Assembly: GCA_965202665.1 (NCBI GenBank)
Contig: OZ241841.1
Coordinates: forward strand, 1,344,001 to 1,408,000
DNA from: Candidatus Spongiisociaceae bacterium
GTDB taxonomy: Bacteria; Actinomycetota; Acidimicrobiia; Spongiisociales; Spongiisociaceae
Length of the DNA: 64,000 bases
Direction of reading: 5' to 3'
The position numbers and the translations under genes were made by a program. Numbering within the stretch: position 1 is the stretch's first letter; every line of letters begins with the position of its first letter. The notes under the pieces were generated by a model that did no database searches, had not been told where the DNA came from, and saw nothing but the letters and a program-made list of their open reading frames with translations. Positions 19,894 through 28,991 of this stretch are shown one piece after another.

Positions 19894-22242
19894 CTAGTCG
19901 TCGGCAGGGTTGGCCGACTGGTTGCGGGCCGACGCAGCCGCTTCGGGAGCGTCCTCCGGCAGGTCGGCGGTTTCCGGTTGCCCGTTCGGTTCCGGGACGG
20001 TCAGTCCGAATGTCCGCCGGTGATCCTCCACGCCTATGGCCCCGAACCCGACCGGGTTGCGGGCGGTGACCGAACCTGCTTCCAACCCGACGATGTCAGC
20101 CACTTCCCGCCCGGAAATGGTTTTGCGTTCCTGCAGGCGCAGGGCCACTTGGAACACGGCCAGCTGGTGCTCCTCCAGCACTTGGCGGATCTCCTCATGC
20201 AGTTTTTGGATGCGGTTCTCCACTTGGGCGCGCATGTTCTGGGAAATCTTGTCGGTGGGGTCGGGCGGCACGTCCAGAATGTGGCGGGGCAGGCCCGCCA
20301 TGGACACGATGGTGTCGCCCATCCCCCACATTCCGATCATGCGGGAGGTGATGGTGGTGGCGTTCATCAGGTCGCCTCCCACTCCCATGGAGTTGTCCCC
20401 GTCGAAGAACATCCGCTCCCCGGCCAGGCTGGCCAGCGACACTTTGATGTCCACTTCCAACTCCGACTTCCACTGCACGAAGCGGTCCTCCAAGGCGATG
20501 TAGGAGACGAACCCGCCCGTTTCCCCCCTCCGTTCGATGGTGGCCACGTCGATGTCGGCGTGGGATTTCAGGAGGTGGGCGGCCACCGCGTGGCTGGCCT
20601 CGTGGATGGCCACCGCGAACTCTTCCCGCTCCACGTATTCGAAGCCTTCCGCCGGGCCCATTTCTTTGAGGGTTTTAGCCCGCCAGATGTCGTCCCATTC
20701 CACGGACAGGCGGTCGTCCCGCAGGGCCAAGATCAGGGCCTCGTTGACCACGTCCTTGATTTTCGCCCCTGAATAGTAGGGGGTTTTGGTGGCCAAATCC
20801 TCAATCTGCTCCTCGGTGAGATTGTGTTTGACCTTGTCCAGATAGCCTTGGAAGGTGCGTATCCGTCCTTCTTTAGCCGGGTAGCCCACCTTGTAGATGC
20901 GGTCGATGCGGCCGGGGCGCAACAGGGCCGGGTCCAGCACCGACGGCAGGTTGGTGGCCATCATTATGAAGATGCGGTATTTGGGCGGGGGCTTCGGTTT
21001 CATTCCCAAGGCCTTGCGTATCCGGTTGGACAGCCCGCGCGGTTTTTTCAGGCCGGAGATTTCGGTGAGCAGGGCCTGCAGGGTGCCCATGCCCCCGCCG
21101 CCCCCCATCCCGCCCATAATGATCCGGTTTATCCAACGCCGGGGGGCTTCCTCCCCGGCGCCGGGGCCGGGTCCGGCGGCCGCGTTGACTTCGGCGACGT
21201 CCCGGTCGATGATGCGCAGGGCCTGGTCGCTCAGATAGTGGGCCCCGTTGCAGTCGGCGGCGTGGGTGCGGGGAGCGGCGGGCTGGGGCGGGCCGCCCCC
21301 TTGGGCCAGGGCCCCCCGGCTGCCCAAGGCGTCGGCTTCGTCGAAGAACACCACCACCCCGCCGTGGCGCAAAGACAGTTTGCGGAGTTTGCGGAACAGG
21401 CCTTTTACTTTGAGGATTCCCACCCCGAAAAACATGTTCATGAACGCCCCCGGTTCCACGAACACGAACGGCGACCCCACTTCCCCGGCGGTGGCTTCGG
21501 CGATTAGGGTTTTGCCGGTGCCGGGCGGGCCCCACAGCAGAATCCCGCCGGGTATGTATCCGCCTTTGGCCTCGATCTCGTCCGGTTTTTCCAAAAACCC
21601 CACGTTTTCTTTGACCAAGTCCAACACGTGATCCTGGCCCCACACGTCCGAATAGCGGGTTTCGATCTCTTCGGGCATCACCACGTCCACGCCCCCCCGG
21701 GATAGGAACCAGAACAGGGCCCCGAACTGGATGATGAGAAACAGGGGGGCGAACAGGAACCAGAGGAACTCCTGCAGGTTGCGGGCCAGAATGCGGGGGG
21801 TTTGGATGAGGGCTTCGATGGGCCCGTTCACATCCGCCACGAAATAGTCCACCACCGCCCCCAGCACCAGCAGGAAAATCAGGATGCGGACGTAACGGCC
21901 CAGCCGGAAGCGGGTCCACGGTTTGAAACGGCGCTGGGCGGTGCGTTCCATCCCCCCGAACACGCCGTGGGCCCAGAACCGGTTGTAACGGGCCCATTTT
22001 TCGGACACCAGGTAGTGCGCCTGGCGCAGAACCTCCACCGGGAGCAGGATGAGCAACACCCGCCCGAAGGTTTCGTTCCAGGTGTCGGACAGGGCGTGCC
22101 AGAAGGTGGTGAAAGGGGCGGTGACTTTGGCCCCGACCAGGATTCCCAACAGGAGCAGGATCAACACCGAGAACTTCAGCCGGTCCCAGGTTTGGGACGG
22201 GCGCCGCACGTCCGCTTTTATTGCCTTGTGTTTACTATCCAT
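19894..22242 (-). CDS. Membrane-anchored AAA+ ATPase with M41-like peptidase domain (FtsH-like)
   Basis: GPPGTGKT, FFDEAD, ATN...LDPALLRPGRIDR, HEASH zinc motif; several N-terminal TMs. Confidence 0.85.
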   Translation of the reverse strand: MDSKHKAIKADVRRPSQTWDRLKFSVLILLLLGILVGAKVTAPFTTFWHALSDTWNETFGRVLLILLPVEVLRQAHYLVSEKWARYNRFWAHGVFGGMERTAQRRFKPWTRFRLGRYVRILIFLLVLGAVVDYFVADVNGPIEALIQTPRILARNLQEFLWFLFAPLFLIIQFGALFWFLSRGGVDVVMPEEIETRYSDVWGQDHVLDLVKENVGFLEKPDEIEAKGGYIPGGILLWGPPGTGKTLIAEATAGEVGSPFVFVEPGAFMNMFFGVGILKVKGLFRKLRKLSLRHGGVVVFFDEADALGSRGALAQGGGPPQPAAPRTHAADCNGAHYLSDQALRIIDRDVAEVNAAAGPGPGAGEEAPRRWINRIIMGGMGGGGGMGTLQALLTEISGLKKPRGLSNRIRKALGMKPKPPPKYRIFIMMATNLPSVLDPALLRPGRIDRIYKVGYPAKEGRIRTFQGYLDKVKHNLTEEQIEDLATKTPYYSGAKIKDVVNEALILALRDDRLSVEWDDIWRAKTLKEMGPAEGFEYVEREEFAVAIHEASHAVAAHLLKSHADIDVATIERRGETGGFVSYIALEDRFVQWKSELEVDIKVSLASLAGERMFFDGDNSMGVGGDLMNATTITSRMIGMWGMGDTIVSMAGLPRHILDVPPDPTDKISQNMRAQVENRIQKLHEEIRQVLEEHQLAVFQVALRLQERKTISGREVADIVGLEAGSVTARNPVGFGAIGVEDHRRTFGLTVPEPNGQPETADLPEDAPEAAASARNQSANPADD

Positions 22243-22907
22243 GAGTCCACCGCCCGGGATATTTCGGTCTGTCGTTCTTGAAAGCAGGTCAGCGAGCAAC
22301 CGGCCGACATGGAGTAGAGATGGGTGGCGTCGGCGTTGGTCACCGCCAGAATGTAGATGGCGCCCTGCAGTTGCCCTTCCCCGTCGGTGATGCCCAGCAG
22401 GCGCCGCACCCCGTCGAAGTCGCGCCCGAAGGAGAAATCCTCGCTTTGGATGGCTTGCACGCCCAAGCCGGGCTTGCTCAAGTCGAAGGCGGACAGGGTG
22501 AGCAACTGCCGGGACAGCAGATCTTTGTCTGCCGGGCTGATCTGGCGGATGATCTGGGCTCCGACCGGGAAAGGCGATTCGTTTATTTCCAGGGTCAGGT
22601 TGTCTAAGTTGCGTCCGGCGGCCCCGTCGAAAGCCACGTAGGAGATGGGCTGGTAGCCACCCATGTCGGGGATTAGGGGGACCTCCTCCAGCCGGCTCAC
22701 TTCTTCGGCCCCGTACAGATTCCAGTCGTCGGGCAACTCAAACAGGGAACGTTGCTGGCCGTCCCGGTAGGTGGTGGTGTCGGCGCCGTCTAGCCCGCAG
22801 GCCCCCAAGAGCAACGCCAAGCCGGCCAGCGCCGCCGCCCGCCGGGCGCGCCCGGCCGAGAGGCGGGAGGATCTTGGCTTTTTCGGGTGCCGGAACATTT
22901 TCGTCAT
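22218..22907 (-). CDS. Hypothetical lipoprotein
   Basis: Lipobox LLLGAC; overlaps the AAA gene start. Confidence 0.65.
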   Translation of the reverse strand: MTKMFRHPKKPRSSRLSAGRARRAAALAGLALLLGACGLDGADTTTYRDGQQRSLFELPDDWNLYGAEEVSRLEEVPLIPDMGGYQPISYVAFDGAAGRNLDNLTLEINESPFPVGAQIIRQISPADKDLLSRQLLTLSAFDLSKPGLGVQAIQSEDFSFGRDFDGVRRLLGITDGEGQLQGAIYILAVTNADATHLYSMSAGCSLTCFQERQTEISRAVDSWIVNTRQ

Positions 22908-22984
22908 CCGCCTGCGGTAGGGTTTGGTATGCTCTATGCTAGACCGCGCCGCAACTTACAGGCTAACGGAGTTGGGAGCACCGA

Positions 22985-23119
22985 ATGGACGCAATGATTG
23001 CGCATCACGCCTATGACCACATAACCGGTTTCGGCATCGCCTTGGCCGGCATCCTGTTGATCTTCTGGGCGGAACGGCGGGCGCGTTCCCGTCGCCGCTC
23101 TGACAAGACCGACGGCTGA
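22985..23119 (+). CDS. Putative 44-aa single-TM small protein
   Basis: MDAMIAHHAYDHITGFGIALAGILLIFWAERRARSRRRSDKTDG; GGAG upstream; fills the intergenic gap. Confidence 0.45.
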   Translation: MDAMIAHHAYDHITGFGIALAGILLIFWAERRARSRRRSDKTDG

Positions 23120-23149
23120 TCCCGCCCGGGTCCGACTAACCTTGGACTG

Positions 23150-24313
23150 ATGTCCGACCCGCGTCTGTCCGCCATAGGCCAACAACTGGGGGGAGCGCCG
23201 GATCATTTGGTGGAACGGTCCGCCGCCGCCCGCGCCGGCGCCTCCGGCCTGGAGGTGGAGGACGTTTTGGCCGCCTGGTCGGGAGGGGAGGCTTTGGCGG
23301 CCGCTCCCGCCCCTCCTCCGGCGGACGATGTTGCGCCCGTTTCCCCGGCGGAGCCCGTAGCGGAGCCCCCGGAAGCCCCCGCCCTCCCCGCTGCTCCAGC
23401 AGCAGAGGTTCCCGTTGCGGCGACGGCGGTGTTGGAGGCGGAGGAAGAAGAGGAGGAGCCAGCGGAGCCCGTTCCTTGGCGAAGGCGGGTTCGCTTGGGG
23501 GCGCGGGCGGGGGCGGCGTTGGGGGTTTTCATGGGCCTGGCTTCGCTGGCCGCCGCCTCCCCGCTCGTTTTGGGACGGCTCACCGAGGTCACCGAAGCGG
23601 GCGCGGCGGCGGTGGAGGTGACTTGGACTTTCACCGCGGCCATCGCGGCCCTGTGGGCGGTGATCGGGTCGGCGGCCGCTTTGGCGGCCCGGGGGGCGGG
23701 GCGGTTCCTTTCCCCCGCCTACGACACGGACGGCTCCCCGTTGGGGTCGGTGGTCATCGGAGGCCTGACCGGCCTGGTTCTCGGCTTCGCCCGGGGCGGG
23801 GCGTGGTACGCCTTGGCGGAGACTTCCCTGTCGGGAACGAAACTTTTGTCCATCAGCCCCTGGTCGGTGTTGGTGATTTTGGCGGCGGACGCGGCCTGCG
23901 GGGCGACGGCGGGGGCGGTCACCCAGTTCTTCTCCCAGCCCCGGGGGTTGCGGGGGGAGCAGGCGGAAGACGCGCAGGCGATCCGGCGCCGGTTGTCCGA
24001 TTCGCTGTCCATTCCGCTGACGGCCGGAGCGGTAATCCTGATTTTCGTGGTGGCTTTGGGGATTTTGCTGGTCCGTTTCCCCAGCTTCGCCCCCTGGGTG
24101 GCGATCCTGGTTTCGCTGGGCATTCTGATGTTCGCGGGAATGATGGCGTCCCGCCCCAACCTGCGGGTAACCCGCAACGAGGTGCTGGCCGCCGCCGCCG
24201 GAGTGGGGGTGGTGTTGCTGATGATCACCCTCATCGCAGCCGCCATAACCGGCGACGACCCCGCCGACCACGGCCACGCCGAAGAAACCCACGCCATAGA
24301 ACAAATCCAATAA
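23150..24313 (+). CDS. Hypothetical polytopic membrane protein
   Basis: Many TM segments after a Pro/Ala/Glu linker; TAACCT -10 located 7 nt upstream. Confidence 0.65.
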   Translation: MSDPRLSAIGQQLGGAPDHLVERSAAARAGASGLEVEDVLAAWSGGEALAAAPAPPPADDVAPVSPAEPVAEPPEAPALPAAPAAEVPVAATAVLEAEEEEEEPAEPVPWRRRVRLGARAGAALGVFMGLASLAAASPLVLGRLTEVTEAGAAAVEVTWTFTAAIAALWAVIGSAAALAARGAGRFLSPAYDTDGSPLGSVVIGGLTGLVLGFARGGAWYALAETSLSGTKLLSISPWSVLVILAADAACGATAGAVTQFFSQPRGLRGEQAEDAQAIRRRLSDSLSIPLTAGAVILIFVVALGILLVRFPSFAPWVAILVSLGILMFAGMMASRPNLRVTRNEVLAAAAGVGVVLLMITLIAAAITGDDPADHGHAEETHAIEQIQ

Positions 24314-24368
24314 TGGCCAACACTTCGGATACCTAGAGCCGACCTGGCTTAGGAATATTTCTCCGGAA

Positions 24369-25451
24369 TCAAGGCTTGTGAGTTGCCCATGCAAGGCGTT
24401 GCCGGAGGCCGTTGCCCCAGTGGTGCGGCCAAACCTTGTCGTTTTGCAGTCGGCCCACCACGATGCCGGGGTGAACCCCGATTTCCTCGGCGAATTTTTT
24501 AATTTCATCCAGGGTTTGCAGATTTTTTAGCACAGGTGTGTATTGCGGTGGGATCAGAAAGTCCCGCGCGAATGCGTCGGCTCGCCGCTCTTGTTCATTG
24601 TCGTTGTCCGGAGAGTTGATATAAATAGGGCGTTTATGCATATCCAGGATATGACGCGCCTCGTGAAAGAAAGAAAACCAGAAGATATCATTCCATTTGT
24701 AACGTAAGCTCAGTTGAATCAGACCGCGGTCAGAGGTCAACCATCTTGAGGCTCCGTTCGCCCTGGCCCCTTTTACTTCTGGTACGGTTACTACGGCGAC
24801 TCCCGTATTTGCGCACTCTTGAACCAGTTTCGGATACCAGATATCAGGGCGTTGCTCCTCGGTCAAATCTCGTATGCGGTACAGCGATTCTGCGAAAGCT
24901 TTGGCGTCCCATGGCAGGCAGGGCACTTCTGTCGCCTTCTTTTCGCCGAGCCGTAGCCACACCGCAAGCGCCCCCCGGTCCGATGCCGGGTTCTTGCGAA
25001 AGGCAACCGAGTCCAGCGTGGGTTCCCATACGCTCTCCCATGTGTTGCGGTTGACCACCCCAAAAAACTCGAAAACCTCACGCAATCGTTCAATTGGCTT
25101 GACCCGTTTGGTTAAGATACCCATGGACACCATGGCCGCGGTTGGCAGTTCGTCTAGGAAATCGATCTGCTCGGACAGTTCCGCTTCTTCCGCAAGTCGC
25201 GCCAGGGTAGCCCGGTAGGTATGCTCCAGGTTATTCCAAAGCCTGGCTGGAATGTCCGTAGCCCGCTCTAATCTGATGGCTGTATCAACGGTGACGGGTG
25301 TCTCACCTTTGATAAGTTGGCTAATATGCTTTTCTGACAGCCCAGTATGCCGTGCCAGGTCCGCTTGACTCATAGAAAGATCATCAAGAGCCTCCTCCAA
25401 AGTCCAACCGGGCGGCACAGCATAGTCTGGATTGAATCCTGTGACGACCAT
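24369..25451 (-). CDS. HigA-type antitoxin: Xre HTH fused to ImmA/IrrE metallopeptidase
   Basis: VPPGWTLEE...MSQADLA...ISQLIKG...WNNLE; FSFFHEARH; E..AD.FA...LIP. Confidence 0.88.
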   Translation of the reverse strand: MVVTGFNPDYAVPPGWTLEEALDDLSMSQADLARHTGLSEKHISQLIKGETPVTVDTAIRLERATDIPARLWNNLEHTYRATLARLAEEAELSEQIDFLDELPTAAMVSMGILTKRVKPIERLREVFEFFGVVNRNTWESVWEPTLDSVAFRKNPASDRGALAVWLRLGEKKATEVPCLPWDAKAFAESLYRIRDLTEEQRPDIWYPKLVQECANTGVAVVTVPEVKGARANGASRWLTSDRGLIQLSLRYKWNDIFWFSFFHEARHILDMHKRPIYINSPDNDNEQERRADAFARDFLIPPQYTPVLKNLQTLDEIKKFAEEIGVHPGIVVGRLQNDKVWPHHWGNGLRQRLAWATHKP

Positions 25452-25469
25452 TTTGCCTCCTTTAGTCAG

Positions 25470-25799
25470 TTAGTGGTAATTTTCTATTGCGATTACTATT
25501 GTGCTATCCACCTTACTTGTATCTATACCGCCATCTTCTTTGTATGGCACAGGTTCGCTAGGTTTTATGACCAAACGTTCCCCCTCGGGAAGGCTTGCCG
25601 CATATTGGCCTTTACGATTACCTTTCAGTGGATGCCATTTTCCTTTCACGCTAAATAGTTCTTCCAGATTGCTGGATGATTTTAGTTGATACATGCGTAT
25701 CTGTACTTGTTTTGCCAGGTTCGTACTATAGCGTCTCTTGAGCTCCTTTTCGCTCTCGATCAGATTTTGCAACCTGCCGTTTTTGAATTGGATTTCCAT
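25470..25799 (-). CDS. HigB/RelE-family toxin (killer-suppression type), 109 aa
   Basis: AAGGAGG SD; MEIQFKN...WHPLKGNRKGQYAASL...RLVIKP...IENYH. Confidence 0.88.
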   Translation of the reverse strand: MEIQFKNGRLQNLIESEKELKRRYSTNLAKQVQIRMYQLKSSSNLEELFSVKGKWHPLKGNRKGQYAASLPEGERLVIKPSEPVPYKEDGGIDTSKVDSTIVIAIENYH

Positions 25800-25821
25800 C
25801 GTGCCTCCTTCCTGAAGCGGA

Positions 25822-25870
25822 AATCTTACTTGTAAGGTAAGATTATAGGCCCTGGGGAAAAGGTTGTCAA
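25822..25870 (-). promoter_or_regulatory. Consensus sigma70 promoter with overlapping operator for higBA
   Basis: TTGACA-17 nt-TATAAT (25870-25842); inverted repeat AATCTTAC-N7-GTAAGATT at 25822-25844. Confidence 0.85.
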
Positions 25871-25882
25871 GCGCAGGCGGGG

Positions 25883-27229
25883 TCAGGCGCCGAGGAGTAG
25901 CAGCAGGCCTCCTATGGTGTAGGCGATCATTACCGCCAGCATCGGGTACTGGGAGCGGACCGCTAGGGGGGAGGGGTAGCGTTCCAAGGCCCGGTCGTGG
26001 GCGGCGGCCACTCCGGCTATGTGGCCGAGGGCTATGGCGGCGGTTTGAATCCAGGCGATGGCGTCCGGGGACAGAACCGTGTAGTCGATGGGGCGGGAGG
26101 CGGTTCCGAACAGGTCCCAGCCCAAGGCCAGCGGGTCGGACAGCAACGAAAAGAACATCTGCCCTTCGAACACCAGAAAGCTGAAATAGTGGGCCGTCGT
26201 ATAGGCCAAGGCGATGGGGATCAGGGACGGCCCGAAGGCATCCCCCAGGTCGGCCTCCGAGTCGCCGGTGATGCGGGATGCGGCCATGATCGCCAGCCGG
26301 TAGAGGAACATCACCATCCCGATGATGAACACCAGCCCGCCGGTGTTGAAGGCGGTCAGGGTCCACCCTCCCCGGTTGGAGGTGATGTCCAGCCAGAAAG
26401 AGCTGCGGGTGAAGCCGTCGAAAGCGGTGGAGCCGAGCACCGTCAAAATGAAAGTCACCGTGCCCGGCTTGACCGGCATCCGGGACAGGCCGGCCAGCGG
26501 AAAGCGCACCCGCCGCACCCCCGACTCGTCCCGCCACAGGGGGGCGAGGGCGGAGATTTTGGTGAACAGAACCCCGAACCCGTCCGCCCCGCGAACCCAT
26601 CCCCGCCCGCCCAGGCAGGCCCCGGCCAGCATCGCCGCCGCGTAGGCGGCCATGAAAACGCCGATGGCCCGAGGGGAGCCGGAGTCGTGGTAGGCCAGTT
26701 CCAGCCAGGCGAAGCAGAAAATGGAGGCGACCGCCCACCAGTGATGGCCGTCGGAGGGCTCGGCCGGCGGCATCGGGCGGCCGGTTGCCCGCGCCCGCGC
26801 CCAAGCCCCCAGGTCGGCCAGGGTGTAGAAGGGGTTGAGGACGGCCCACGCATCCCCCAGCAGGGCGGTGACCAGCGGCATCCCCACCCAGAAAATAATG
26901 TAAACCGCAAACGAGGAAATGTTGGCCCCCGGCTCGACGGAGCTCCACAGGGCGGCGTACAAGGTGGCGGCGAAGGCGGCCAGTCCCAGCGCGCGCCCCG
27001 CCGCCGCCAGCCCCCGTCGCAGGGCCCGGGGCGGGGAGGGCAGGGCCTTCCCTATGGCGGCCGTAGCCAGCCGGGGTTTGCTCCAAAAGAACCCGAGAGC
27101 GGCGGCGGAGGCGGCCACCGCGAAAGAAGCCGCCCACGCCAATTGCCAGGCCGGGATGGGCAGGTCCAGCCGGCCGCCCGCGCCGTGCGCCCACGCCGGC
27201 GCCGCGGACAGAAGCAGCGCCGCCGCCAA
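25883..27229 (-). CDS. Conserved actinobacterial membrane protein downstream of the oxidase operon
   Basis: AHG..GRLDLPIP N-terminus, multiple TMs, AHYFS, AHDRAL, SQYPML. Confidence 0.65.
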   Translation of the reverse strand: MAAALLLSAAPAWAHGAGGRLDLPIPAWQLAWAASFAVAASAAALGFFWSKPRLATAAIGKALPSPPRALRRGLAAAGRALGLAAFAATLYAALWSSVEPGANISSFAVYIIFWVGMPLVTALLGDAWAVLNPFYTLADLGAWARARATGRPMPPAEPSDGHHWWAVASIFCFAWLELAYHDSGSPRAIGVFMAAYAAAMLAGACLGGRGWVRGADGFGVLFTKISALAPLWRDESGVRRVRFPLAGLSRMPVKPGTVTFILTVLGSTAFDGFTRSSFWLDITSNRGGWTLTAFNTGGLVFIIGMVMFLYRLAIMAASRITGDSEADLGDAFGPSLIPIALAYTTAHYFSFLVFEGQMFFSLLSDPLALGWDLFGTASRPIDYTVLSPDAIAWIQTAAIALGHIAGVAAAHDRALERYPSPLAVRSQYPMLAVMIAYTIGGLLLLLGA

Positions 27230-27255
27230 CCCGCAGACGAGCCATCGGGGCCGGA

Positions 27256-27876
27256 TTAGGAAACCTCCAGTTGAATCAGCGTTATCCCCGCCTCCTCCAA
27301 CTCAATCTCAAACACCCCCGGAATGTCGGCGGTGAAAACCAGCTCGCCCGCCCCTTCCGTCAGATGCAGGAAAAGGTCGTAGCCGTGAACGTGCACATGG
27401 TCGGCGCTGTTCCCGCTCACCCTTATGGTCACCTCCTCCCCCAAGCGGGCCGCTTCCCGTCGCGCCCCGCCCGTTATTTGCCCGTCCGTCACCTCCAAAT
27501 CAATGATCGTCCCCGCCGGTTGGGGAGCGGCGGTCGGCGCAACAGTGGTCGCAGTGGCGGCGGTTGCTGGGACGGCGGTTGCTGGGACGGCGGTGGTAGT
27601 GGTAACGGCGACGGTGGTGGTAGTTGCGGCAACGGTCGCGGGCGGGGCGGCGGTGGTCGGGGCGGCGGTTGCTGGAGCGGCGGTGGTAGTGACGGCGGTA
27701 ACGGTCGCGGGCGGAACCGCGTTCGTTTCTTCCCCCGGGCCGCCGCACCCGGCCGCCGCCCACGCCAAAGCCGCGACCGCAACCGCTTTCCAAACCCGCG
27801 GCGAAATGCGCTCCGCCCGCCCGCCCGGCGCGGCAACGGTCAGGTTTGGCGCAAGGTTCGTTCCAAGGCGTCCCAT
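27256..27876 (-). CDS. Lipoprotein with Thr/Ala linker and cupredoxin-like C-terminal domain (start uncertain)
   Basis: Lipobox AAAGC; DHVHVHGYD...FTADIPGVFEIELE. Confidence 0.6.
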   Translation of the reverse strand: MGRLGTNLAPNLTVAAPGGRAERISPRVWKAVAVAALAWAAAGCGGPGEETNAVPPATVTAVTTTAAPATAAPTTAAPPATVAATTTTVAVTTTTAVPATAVPATAATATTVAPTAAPQPAGTIIDLEVTDGQITGGARREAARLGEEVTIRVSGNSADHVHVHGYDLFLHLTEGAGELVFTADIPGVFEIELEEAGITLIQLEVS

Positions 27877-28667
27877 TGCCGCTCCCGGGAATACCAGCGG
27901 AACCACATCACGGTAATGGTTCCCCACAGGATGGCCCCGCCGCCCAGTTTCATTATCAACCCGGCCACCGTCTGGTCCACCATGACGTCCATGCCCCACA
28001 GGCGGTCGGCGGCCGCGTACAACGGATAAAGGGGTTCCCGGCCGAAAGTGAGAAAAGAGGCGGGGATGGTGGGCAACAGCGAATGGGCGAACAGGTAGGC
28101 CATGGCCAGCGGCGGGCGCAGGCGGGGGAGTTCCCGGATGGGGCTCAACACCGGCATCCACATCACAAAAGCGGAGGCGAACAGCAAACCGTGGATCAGA
28201 AAATGGGCCCAACCGGAGGTGAGCATCACCTGCACCGCCTGCGGCCAATGCAGTCCCACGAACAGCAGGTTGGAGATGAAAAAAGCGGGCAACGGGCGCA
28301 ACAGGGGACGCAACGCCCGCACCGTCCGCGGGCCGCCCAGCAGATAGCGCGCCAGCCAAGCCGGAGTTCCCATTATCAGCAACGGGACCGCGATGAGGGA
28401 AATCCCCATATGTTCCAACATGTGGAAGGTGAACAGGTATTGCTCGGCGATGTCGTGGAAAGGCCATTCCGACACCCCCCACAGGACCGCCAGCCCCGCA
28501 TAGAAGGTTACCGCCTGCCGGCGGGTGGCCAGCGGCCCGGACACGTTCAGGTGCGGCCCGATGCGGCGCACCGCGTACCACCAGCCGCCCCCCAAAACCA
28601 ACACCAGCGCCCACACGTCGGGATGGGCGTGCCAGGGCAGCGTCTCCGTGGAAAAGGAGACCGGCAT
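27840..28667 (-). CDS. ctaG: Cytochrome c oxidase assembly factor (Caa3_CtaG family)
   Basis: YLFTFHMLEH, LHWP, DQTVAGLIMK. Confidence 0.85.
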   Translation of the reverse strand: MPVSFSTETLPWHAHPDVWALVLVLGGGWWYAVRRIGPHLNVSGPLATRRQAVTFYAGLAVLWGVSEWPFHDIAEQYLFTFHMLEHMGISLIAVPLLIMGTPAWLARYLLGGPRTVRALRPLLRPLPAFFISNLLFVGLHWPQAVQVMLTSGWAHFLIHGLLFASAFVMWMPVLSPIRELPRLRPPLAMAYLFAHSLLPTIPASFLTFGREPLYPLYAAADRLWGMDVMVDQTVAGLIMKLGGGAILWGTITVMWFRWYSRERQWDALERTLRQT

Positions 28668-28978
28668 CAGAAAAGAGCCACCGCTCCCAGGGTTGACAGG
28701 GTGATCAGGTACAGGGCCCCCGCCAAGATCGCCCCGGAGGTGAAAAACCGGGACAGCAGGCGCCGCTCGTAGCGCAGATGCATGAACATCGCCACCACCA
28801 GGTAAAACTTGAGGGCGCTCAAGATCAGCAAGGCGGGGACGGTGAAGGCTTGCGTGACGGCCGCCACCCCGTCCTCCAAGTAGAACAAGGCCACTTCCAT
28901 GATGGTGAGGGCCGCCAAAACCAAAGCCACCGTCACGTACTGCTTGGGTTGCGGGTGATGGTGTTCGCCGCCGGCCAT
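28667..28978 (-). CDS. ctaF: Cytochrome c oxidase subunit IV
   Basis: Y..VALVLAALT..E, KFYLVVAMFMHLRYE. Confidence 0.85.
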   Translation of the reverse strand: MAGGEHHHPQPKQYVTVALVLAALTIMEVALFYLEDGVAAVTQAFTVPALLILSALKFYLVVAMFMHLRYERRLLSRFFTSGAILAGALYLITLSTLGAVALF

Positions 28979-28991
28979 AACCGCTCCCTCC

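Noticed and set aside
25470-27245. 591-aa track ORF as one protein
   Set aside because: Only the last 109 aa (from ATG 25799, with its own SD and promoter) look real; the rest is an off-frame overlap of the membrane gene
27500-27720. Repeats as a CRISPR or VNTR system
   Set aside because: In-frame 15-nt and Thr/Ala codon repeats encoding a lipoprotein linker; no spacers or cas genes
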